Part shown: piece by piece, positions 40,362 through 51,386 of the stretch
How positions within the stretch are numbered: position 1 is the first letter of the stretch
How the letters are laid out: every line of letters begins with the position of its first letter
Assembly (NCBI GenBank): GCA_043228905.1
Contig: JBHGNT010000002.1
Location: forward strand, 7,564,001 to 7,628,000
Length of the DNA: 64,000 nucleotides
From: Azolla caroliniana
Taxonomy: Eukaryota; Plantae; Polypodiophyta
Direction of reading: 5' to 3'
Program-made: the position numbers and the translations under genes
Notes under the pieces: generated by a model
Databases searched by the model: none
What the model was told of the DNA's origin: nothing
Seen by the model: the letters and a program-made list of their open reading frames with translations, nothing else

Positions 40362-41885
40362 AATCATACGTACCATTCGCGTATTCTCATTCGCTACCAT
40401 TCTTATCATTCGAGAATGAAAAAAACACCCTCGAAGTAATGGTAAATACCATGCTTTTGCACTCATTATTTATTATAAGGTAAGAAAGTTAAAGGTAAAA
40501 AGTGTAAAAAAACAAAACACGAGAATGTTTTAAAAACCCTAAACCCTAAACGAATGTTTGGGCTAACAAACACGAATATTACGGTACATGTATGTATTTA
40601 TGTAATGTATGTATGTATGTATGTATGCACTTAAGTATGTATGTATGTATGTATGCATAGATTGACCCATGCGTAATATTCGTGGATCGCAATATTCGAG
40701 AATATAAAACGGCCCCAAGAATATTATAAAACCATTCGCTTACATATACATATACATGTACACACATACATATATAATATATACATATACATACATGATA
40801 CACACATACATACATGTGTATACACACATATATCACTCATATATGTATATAGACACAATAATCAATAATTAATTAATTCACTTAAACATTAATTAAATTA
40901 AATAATATTGTATACATATCTTAATTCATTAAAAAATTAATCAATTCATTGAGAACTATTAGTTGATTAATTAATAGTTAATTAATTAGGGCTTCTACTA
41001 AACTTAGCGTTTCGGTGAAAGCTTGAGTTTGCAGCTGAGAACAGGATGTAGGATTAGAATAGAGCATGAGAGGGAGTCAAGGATGTAGGTTGAAAAGAAA
41101 GAAATACTGTCGAAATTAGGATTATGATAGAGATTAGGGTTTTCAGCCGAAACCCTAAATTTATGGCCGAGAACAAGATGCAGAGGGAAGAGAGGGCAAC
41201 ACGCACAATGAGTAGGGTGAGGCTTCCTCGCTCGTTGCTCGTTGTTTGTTCACTCGCTCACAGGAAAAAAAACAGTTTTTTATTTTTTATTTTTTTCTTA
41301 AAAATTCAAAAAAAAAAGAAAACGAATACATTTACATGCATTCGTATTCCTATTCATATGAATTCATGGGGCAAGCCCCACGAATGTGAATATGTCAATG
41401 TATGTATGTATGTAAGCATGCATGTATGTGTATGTATGTAAGCATGCATGCATGTATATACATTTACATGTTTTGATATGATAACATTATTCTCATGAGC
41501 CACTTTTAGTTTTTCATGCGAAGTGTCAATTGCAACATCCGTGATAGCTTTGAGTACATATGTAGCTGAGCATCATAGAGAATACTTAACCAAATGAATT
41601 AGTTTATCACCACCCCACTAGAAAGTGTTGCACGAATTTGTACTAACTATAGAACGTAATGTTCGCATTCTTTTGCCAAAGATTCGTTTTCATATGTTTG
41701 CAAACAAATGTGTTCGTTATGAAAACATGCTTCTGTTTTTTTATGACGTTTTAACATTTTTTTGTCTCAGTTTTGTACCTTAAAAAAAGTATTTACCTTA
41801 TCATAAATAATGAATACAAAAGTATGGTATTTACCATACTTCGATGGTGTTTACCATACTCGAAAAACATTCTCGAATGTGAATG
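40362..41885. mobile_element. Non-autonomous long-TIR (foldback/Mutator-like) element upstream of ABCC
   Basis: GAAGTAATGGTAAATACCATGCTTTTGCACTCATTATTTA (~40433-40472) is inverted at ~41804-41842; (TATG)n tracts inside; flanking direct repeat CATGTATAGTATG at 40349-40361 and 41886-41898. Confidence 0.65.
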
Positions 41886-42732
41886 CATGTATAGTATGTA
41901 TGGTTCATAGTATGGTACTAACCATTCCTCTTATGATAATGCCGGGTACACCTATAAAGTTACAACACCTTTACCATAACTAATTTTAATCATAAATATT
42001 ATGCAATTACGGTAACTTCTTCAAGGATCTTAAATACTAACATGACAGGAGGTCGAAGTGGTGTATGTTGGACATATGGTAATGGATAACTTCGTCCATA
42101 GGAAATGTTGTAGGTGTTAAGCGATTAAAATTCTTAAAACTTACCTAGGTACATGCAAGCATGAGAAAACAAAAAAGGAAGTATTAACGAAGTCATTGAA
42201 GTGTGGAGAAGTATTTACTAATCTTCTAAAGAAATGACGTAATACAACGTAAGAAGATAAATGCAACAATTGCAACGATAGACATTCAACACATATTAAC
42301 AGTCCTCGACGTTTCAATGACACATAATGAATGAAATAAAAGTCTCCACCTAAGCTGGCAAGAAGTTACCACCTTTTCAATGAGTGAAAAACAGACACAT
42401 CTAGTTATTTTGATCATTCAATAATGAATCAAAGCCATTCAAAAAGTTGATTTGTCTCATCATGCTAAGCATATCTATATTGTGAAAATGCATTGTAATT
42501 TGTGGCAACACTAACCAATGTTTCTATACTCTCATTACTCACAATCATAGAACATAATAAAAGTGTTTGTGCAAGCATCCGAACATTTGAAAATGTTTCG
42601 AAACAAAGACGTTTGAAAAGGTAAAAATGCTTGTTCCTTTTTTTTGCCTTTTTTGTATTTATTTTCAATGCTCTCTCTCTCTCTCCCTCTCTCTCTCTCT
42701 CTTTGCATGGTAAAAGTACACAATTATATTAA

Positions 42733-43044
42733 GGGAAAAGTACCAGGATACCCCTAGAAGTTCGTCTATTTACCAGAATGCCCCTGGAAGTTCTAAATTT
42801 ACCAAACTACCCGTATGTCCAAAAAAATACAGTTTATAAAGTAAGTAAAAAGGACCCAAAGAATCTCTTAAGTAAAGAAATGTGTGTTTTAAGGGTATTC
42901 TGGTAAATAGGGCTTGTAGATTTGAGTGTATAATTACTTTATAAAGTGAAATTTTTGGACATAGGCATAGTTTGGTAAATTTGGAACTTCTAGGGGCATT
43001 CTGGTAAATAGACGAACTTCCAGGGGTATCTTGGTACTTTTCCC
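42733..43044. mobile_element. Mutator-like MITE with 9-bp TSD
   Basis: ~100-bp TIRs GGGAAAAGTACC...GGTACTTTTCCC; perfect TSD TTATATTAA at 42724-42732 and 43045-43053. Confidence 0.92.
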
Positions 43045-44249
43045 TTATATTAATTGTATATAAAATCCACTTAGTTACAACACTTCTTAGTCTCCTCTAC
43101 CTATCATATGTCTATGTAGGGAGAGGGACGTCTTGTAATGCCATTAAAAAACCAAAATATGCATTTGAGGAAATGATCTCCACATGCTCTAACATCCAAA
43201 AAATCCACATGAGAATACCTTTCAACTTCTTTATATAGTCTTTCACCCCATGTCTATTATTAAACATGAAAGCATTATGCATATATCCAATTGTGTTGTA
43301 GTCCTCAATAACATAAAACTTGGAACAAGATCTCCATCTCATCATTTGAACCATTTTGAACATATTGAGAAAAAACTCATTATTACGGTCTCAAACAACA
43401 ACGGGTTAAAACTTGCCAAATGTTCGATAAGTACTTCCAAATGGTACACGCTGTCACGAAAATACGATGAGGATACATGAACTTGAGGCAGGACCTCGGG
43501 GCCTCTGACCAGAGGATATCAGATTCGTGCGTTTATACTTTTAAGAATTAACGGAAATCAGAAAGTTTGACAAATTTCATTAAGAAAGGAAAAGAACAGT
43601 TTTAGCTTACTGAGGTTAATAGATTAATAGATTAAGGTTTATGAAATATGGCTTAGATAAAAATAATAATTTAGGGATTATCCGAAAGATGGTTTCCGTA
43701 AGGAAAATTAGGGTTTATGGCTTCCGTAAAGAAATTAGGGTTTTTTTTCAAAAGATGGCTTCGATCCCTTAAGGACCACTAGGATCTACAGATTATCGAA
43801 AGATAGCTTTTCTCATCCCTTCTCGCCAATGCATGAAGGAACTCCAGTTTCCATCTTGAGTTCAATTGCATGCATGCACATGACCTTTACTTTACATAAA
43901 GTTTGACTTTAGTTGCATGTGTTCACATAACCTTTACTTTACTTTACTTTAGTTTGGCCGCATTATCCTATCATCTGTAAAGTTTGGCCTGTGCATGATC
44001 CATCCATCTCCACCGTCGTCGATTCGATCCGTCTGGTTCCGTTGCCGTCTGTCCGGTCCGGTTTCGTCGCCAAAATCATTACATGTAGTTAAGCCACATA
44101 CCTCCATCCAAATAATTTAGCCCAAGTCACCTTGAACATTTTGTAATTCACACATAAACATAAAGTAATAGGTTCTGGCTCTCGTTATATACTATGGGAT
44201 CCGATGTTGTCCTATCTATGTGGGATATCTCACAGTTTTGTTTTCCTCT

Positions 44250-45145
44250 TCTTCTTAAACTTCACACTCACATAACTTGATACTTAGTTATTTGTTTCAT
44301 GTGTAGTAAAATGCTTTGGAACCTCTTGAAGACATCTATCTTTCCATATCAAACTATTTTACGCTAATCTTAAATAATTATTTGACTATTTTTCATATCG
44401 TGTGTGAAGAACCACACGACAATGCTATAGGACATTTAATGAACCTATGTGTATTATCCTCCAATGGAACGGTGCAAAAGAAACAAGTGCTAGACCCTAG
44501 TCCTCGTCTCTTTAAGGCCGGACCTAATAGGAGCCCACCAATCATAACTCTCCATATGAATACCTTTACACGAAATGGTAGATAGGAATGCCAACCATGT
44601 TGTAATATTTTCCACCACCTTGCATCTGACTTACATACATTCCACAACTTCTCTGCTTTAGGAGATACCCAACACAATGATACCATTGCATGATGATAAA
44701 ATATATTTGTAATAACCTATAACAACATACCATCTTGTAACCGCCAAGCCACCGAAGGTGCGACATTTGTTTTCAATGGCAAAGATCCTTGCAACAATGT
44801 TATATTTTGTAATTTCTCCCAAATAAATGCATAATTTGGGGGAATACATAACCATCCCTTGGCATCTTCAAATTTTGACAACCTTTGAGATTCATTATCA
44901 ACCACATATTCCAAATATATAATCCCTAATCGAAATAAACTATTGAATTAAGATCTCAACTTCTCTTTCCCATGCCAAAACAACACTTGAGAAAAAACGA
45001 GCAATTCATTTTGTAATTAATTACAAGATTCTCGATCACTTGATGGTCCCCACTTAAAAAGAGATAATGCATATTGCCATGATCTTACCAAATGTTTTCC
45101 ACATAGAGAATGTTGAATCTTTAGAGGAATACTTCCATTGAGTAA
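44250..45145 (-). mobile_element. L1-type LINE ORF2 3' relic (zf-RVT), continued at 56215-56403
   Basis: LPFRVKVFIWR...CFFCTVPLEDNTHRFIKCP; the upstream part PKRLGG...QPW lies on the other side of the Copia insertion. Confidence 0.75.
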
Positions 45146-45387
45146 TGTTGAGAATCAAGCTCAACATAGCACAACGTGTAAACACACCTTTTGAGAATCT
45201 ATGATTACTCAAAGGTCAAGAGTCACACCACTACTCTCTACACATTATTTATGTGACACATCACTAATGAGTTACATATTCCCCATGATTATGAGTCTTT
45301 ACATTCCCTAAGAGAGAGAGTGGTTGTTGTAAGTTAATGAAGAGAGAGGGTGACTCTATATAAAGCACCCTCCTCATACTTCTTACT

Positions 45388-45700
45388 TGTCATGGTATGG
45401 CAAGACTTGAACCCATGACCTTATGCTACATGGGTCGAGCTCTTGACCATTAGACCATACATTGTAATACGTAAAATATTATTTTCATTTATGTTTTATT
45501 ATAGAAAAATGATGTATATTCTAGATTTCTTTAGAACATTCTAGAAACTTCAAGAATATTCCTCAGAACACTATAAAAGGAGGCACAAGGTATTATTTGG
45601 AACCAAATCGGTTCAACGCCAGTCTTAAGCCTCCTAGCTACTACTGTACATTCTCTTCACATAATATATATATCTTTTCTTATCATCACACACACACACA

Positions 45701-45743
<43 letters not shown>

Positions 45744-48700
45744 TCCCTCTCACTCACTCTTTCCTTCTCTCGAGAGTTCTTCACCTCTCTTAGTACTAAT
45801 ACTTCTTTTAGTACTAATTCCTTCTCTGTCTTAGTAGTGTTCCTAACAGTTTGAACCGATTTTGTCGTTCTTCCTTCTGTATCTTCCTTTCCTCCTCTTC
45901 CTTTTATCTTCTTACTAATCCTCTTATCCTCCCTAGTAAAATGGAAACTGTTAGCGCTCAGGAATACCATTCTGTTTTCTCGGAGCTCCATTGCTTAAAA
46001 GAGAAATTTGTAGCACTAGAACAAGAAAATCATCGTTTGTTGGGGGATCTTCAACAAATAGCGCTGGAAAAACAACAAAAACATGGGGAGCTGACGTTAT
46101 GTGTATAACAACTCGAAGCGACTATCGTATCATTACAACAACAAGGATCAAGCACTCAAGGGATTAAAAAAGAACCCAAGATCGGTCTTCCTGCAAAATT
46201 TGATGGGACCCGATCACAGTTTAGAGGGTTTTTGAATCAGGTACGTTTAGTGATACAAATGCATCCTTCTCGATATCCCACCGATACATCACGAGTGGGA
46301 CTAGTAGGCACTCTCCTTAGTGGCTCAACGTTAGCACGGTTTGCTCCATTGTTGGAAAAGGAATCTCCATTACTAAACAATTTTGAAGAATTTATAAGTG
46401 AGTTTAAGACCTGTTTTGGAGATATTGACAACATAAGGACTGCAATCAACAAAATCCGGCAATTATGCCAAGGTGACGGTAGATAGCCTCCACATACGCT
46501 GTAGATTACCTTTCCTTGGGATGATCACACATTGATGGGGAAATTTCATTATGGTTTATGCAACGATGTCAAGGATTTACTCTTGACCTTCCCCGAAGAG
46601 CCAAAGTCATCAACATAAGCAATCAGTCGCGCGGTGAGATGCAACAACCGCCTCTTTGAACGACGTTTGGAACGACAATTCCAGATTCCGAGGGCAAGAT
46701 TAGAGCCTACCTACGCCTCAGTGGTAGCGAAACCTTTTCCGAGGGAGTCATATAATGTGCCTCCAATAAGTACTCCAACTCCGAAGGAAATTGACACCAC
46801 ACGTCGTTGTGGACCGCTATCAGAGGAAGAAAAGCAACGACACTGAGCAAACTGACTATGTCTTTATTGCGGTGGACCAGGGCATATCGCGGTAAACTGT
46901 ACCCATAGGCCAAGAAGGCAGGTAAACCAAATAGTTGCTAGTTCTGATTGTACTAAACCCGAGTTTATTTCAGTAGGGATATTTGATAGTCCTAATAGTA
47001 CTAATAGCCCAAATCTAGCGAACAAATTTGATGTCCTTAGTCAGTTAGAAGAAGAGTTAAACAATTAAGTCCATCCAAAATAGGAGCCATTTGGTTGGAC
47101 AACCCTAGATTTGTGCAACCCATTAGTGGTTCCATTCCCTCTAACCAAGTTAGCAATGTGTTCGTAGCCCAAGTAATAGTTAGTACTAAAAGTACCCCTC
47201 CAGTACATGTCTTAGCACTTCTAGATTCATGGATAGGAACTTTGCCCAAGCTCATCAAATATCTCTCAAAAACCTCCCGTGTCTAGCCTCTGTAGTAGTC
47301 ATTGATGGTCGTCCCGTTGCTTCCGGAAATATCATAGAAGAGTTAGAGCTCGTTAATATTGTCCTAGATAATCTAGCATGTGTAGTATCATTTAATATAA
47401 TTAGCATCCTAGAACACCCCATTGTTTTAGGATTACCATGGTTCAAATTACATAACCCAGACATAGATGGGAGAACAAGAGAAATCGGTATCGAAAAGCC
47501 CGAGGATCTACTCATGAGATTGCAACCATTTCGCTACATCAGTTGCGGGAAGAAGGACGCAAGGAAGAAATGTTTCTCTTCGCAATATCAGTAAAGCCTT
47601 CAGACACCATTAAAGAGGAGTTCACCGTTCAACTTCCAAAGAAGTATCATCATTATGCCGATGTGTTCGATAAAGTACAAGCCAATACGCTTCCTCACCA
47701 TCGACCGTATGATTGCCCCATCGATTTACAACTGGGGAAAGAGCCACCATGGGGACTGATCTACAATTTGTCACCAACCGAGCTAGAAGTCCTGCGAGCC
47801 TATATAGAGGAGAATTTGGAAAATGGTTTCATTCGACATTCGAAATCTCCAGCCGGTGCACCCATTTTCTTCGTCAAGAAAAAGGATGGATCACTTCGCC
47901 TCATTGTAGATTACCATGGCTTGAATAAGGTGACAATCAGAAATAGGTATGCACTTCCCCTTATCTCAAGCCTTTTAGAATGGATCAATGGTGCCAAGTT
48001 CTTCACGAAGATCGACTTACGGGGAGCCTATAACCTCGTACGGATCTGACCAGGGGATGAATGGAAGACCGCGTTTCGCACCAGAGATGGGCACTTCGAG
48101 TATACAATCATGTTGTTTGGCCTCACTAATGCGCCAACAGTCCTCCAGCACATGGCAAATGATATATTCCGAGATCTCTTGGATGTTTGTTTGATCATCT
48201 ATTTGGATGATCTACTGGTTTATTGGAAGACCCAAGAAGAGCATGATTTTCATGTACTGTTAGTACTAAAACGACTTCGAGAACATGGTCTTTATGCAAA
48301 GCTGGAAGAATGTAGTTTTGGGTGCAACTAGGTGGAATTTCTGGGCTATGTCATTTCCTCGGAAGGCATCTCCATGGACCCAGCTAAGGTCAAAACTATG
48401 GTAGAGTGGCAGACTCCGCGTTCGGTGCGAGATGTGTAATGCTTTTTAGGCTTTGCCAATTTTTATCGGAAGTTCATACAAGCTCGTTTTGCCTCTCACA
48501 CAGCTTACCAAGAAGGGACAATCGTTCGTTTGGTCTAAAGAAGCGGACATTGCTTTCAAAAGTCTTAAAAAGGCATTTACATCGGCTCCAATTCTAGCTC
48601 ATGTCAATCCAGAAAAACCATTCATTATTGAAGCAGACACATCGGATTTTGCATTGGGGAGCATTCTGTCACAACGGGGTAATGATGAGAAGCTACATCT

Positions 48701-51017
48701 TGTGGCTTTCCACTCACGCAAGTTTGATGCCGCCGAAATCAACTACAAAATTCATGATAAGGAGCTATTGGCAACATTGGACTCTTTTACGCAATGGAGG
48801 CATTTTCTAGAGGGATCCTCTCATCAAATCACCGTATTTAGTGACCACAAAAACCTTGCATACTTTCAGGATGCTCGTGTGTTAAATTGACATCAAGCTC
48901 GGTGGGCCCACTTCCTCACACATTTCGACTTCAAAATTACATATCATCCGGGGAAGCACCAAGGGAAGGCGGATGCATTATCGCGGCATTCGTACCTAGC
49001 ATCGCGTCCCGGCGAGCCAGCTTTTGATAACCAAAAGCAAGTAATCTTGGGACCGACACGACTACAAGCAACACAGGTCTTTGGCATGCCAATGGATTCC
49101 CACATTATCGATACTATACGTGAGGATTTGAAAACCGATGTTTTCGCCCAAGCCATTCTAGCACAAATTGATCCCTCTCGAACATCTTGTTCACAGTCGC
49201 AACCACCAGGTAGGGACTATCGGCAATTCAAATACCATGATGGATTACTATTCTTTAATGAACTCTTGTATGTTCCTAATGGTTCTTGCCGCCTTCGAGT
49301 AGTCCAAAACTGTCATGACACATATACAACTGGGCATTTTGGTAGTACTAAAACATTAGATTTAGTACAATGATCATTTTGGTGGCCCCGTATGCGACAA
49401 TTTGTCTAAGATTTTGTTCGGACTTGTGATACATGCTGCAGAGTGAAAATGCCAAGGCATCATCCATATGGTTTATTAGAACCATTACCAAATCCAAGCA
49501 AGCCATGGCAATCCATTGCTCAAGACTTCATCACAGATCTTCCAGTCTCTAAGGGGTTCAATGTGATTCTAACAATCGTAGATCGATATACGAAGAGGGC
49601 TCATTTCTTGCTATGTACTAAGGAAATATCCAGTGAAGAAACCGCTGAAATTGTCATGTGTGAAGTATGTCGGCATCATGGCCTTCCCGATAGTATCATC
49701 AGCAACCGTGGACCCCAGTTCGTCTTGAAATTCTGGACGCACCTTTTTAAAATGCTCAAGGTCACATGTAACCTCTCCTCCTACTACCACCCACAAACGG
49801 ATGGCCAAGCAGAACGAACAAATCAAACACTGGAGTAGTATCTTCGGTGCTTTCTAAGCTATCATCAGGATGACTGGGTAGATATTCTCCACTTTGCCGA
49901 ATTTGCCTACAATAACTCTGTCCATGCATCAACTAAAGTTATGGCATTTTATGCTTATACGGGTTCTCACCCCTGGTGGTGTGTATTTGAAACCCCAGAG
50001 TTGTCCACAAATCCTTGCGCAGAGGATCGTTTAGAGCGGTTACGCAAGATACAAGCCGATTTATCTACTCATCTCAAACAAGCTCAACAAACACACAAGG
50101 TTTATGCAGATCGTCATCGACTTCCATCCAGTCTTAACATTGGAGATCAGGTATGGCTACTATGACGACACATCAAGACTACTCGCCCATGCGAAAGTTG
50201 GATTATCGGCGATTAGGTCCTTTCCATATTATAGGAAAGATTAATGATGTCGCTTTTTGTCTCGATCTACCTCCGCAACTTCGGATACATCCGGTGTTTC
50301 ATAGTTCTCTCCTCCAACCCTATCAAGAGAACACCATCCCAGGACGTATTATACAGCCTCCACCCCCGATCGAGCTTGAAGATGGACCTGAGTACGAGGT
50401 TGTCGCCATCCTTGATTCCAAGATTGTTCGCAACAAGCTCTACTATCTAGTCGATTGGCTAGGATATAGTCCAAGTGAGTGTACTTGGGAACTGATAGAG
50501 AATGTGACCAATGCTCGTGCTCTTCTTGAAGACTTCCATCGTCAATATCCAGACAAATTGGGTCCTCAATCCAAAACGACTCGTGACACTCGTCGTTTTA
50601 AAGGGGGGATAGTGTCATGATATGGCAAGACTCAAACCCATGACCTTATACTACATTGACCATTAGACCATACATTGTAATACGTAGAATATTATTTTCA
50701 TTTATGTTTTATTATAGAAAATTGATCAGATTTCTCTAGAACATTCTAGAAACTTCAGGAGTATTCCTCAGAACACTATAAAAGGAGGCACAAGGTGTTA
50801 TTTGGAACCAAATCGGTTCAACGCCAATCTTAAGCCTCCTAGCTACTACTGTACATTCTCTTCACATAATATATATATCTTTTCTTATCATCACTCTCTC
50901 TCTCTCTCTCAGTCCCTCTCACTCACTCTTTCCTTCTCTCGAGCGTTCTTCACCTCTCTTAGTACTAATACTTCTTTTAGTACTAATTCCTTCTCTGTCT
51001 TAGTAGTGTTCCTGACA
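45388..51017 (+). mobile_element. Full-length chromovirus copy C (Tcn1/Tf1-sushi-like), LTRs 45388-45848 and 50613-51017
   Basis: TSD TTACT/ATACT; gag-PR-RT (YLDD)-RH-INT-chromodomain, with many stops; PPT AAGGGGGGATAG at 50601-50612. Confidence 0.95.
50385..50560 (+). other. Group I chromodomain at the integrase C-terminus
   Basis: EYEVVAILDSK...YLVDWLGYSPSECTWE retains the Y/W/Y aromatic-cage residues. Confidence 0.88.
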
Positions 51018-51386
51018 ATACTAAGTCGGTTGTGACTCCTTGTAATGCTACAATTTTGTATATCCATTCTACTTGTGAAATATATATCTTCTTCTTCTTG
51101 AGTATTCCTTTTTCTATCTATCTTGTGTTCTCTCATCTCTCCTCTAATTCCTCTCACACATACACATAACACACATCTCTTCCGCTACACAAGAATCATA
51201 CTCGATTCTTTACATGGTATCAGAGTGATTTGGTAGCTCGATCTAGCCCACTCGCCTCATTGTGATCGTGTGTTGTGCTCTACGCCGACGTTCAAGAAGA
51301 ACCGGCTCATCGCTATCGTAGTGCGACTACATAGCTCGTGTTCGAGAGAGAAGGAAAAGAAAAGAAGGAAGAAATCTACATCGACA

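Noticed and set aside
40151-40439. Short ORFs as a TMD0 exon of the ABCC gene
   Set aside because: No resemblance to multi-pass TMD0 and no supported splice phase; more likely UTR or promoter.
40535-40550. Telomeric array
   Set aside because: Only two AAACCCT units; telo-box scale, not an interstitial telomere.
43452-44083. Possible solo LTR (TGTCACG...CA)
   Set aside because: No matching TSD and no second copy in the window.
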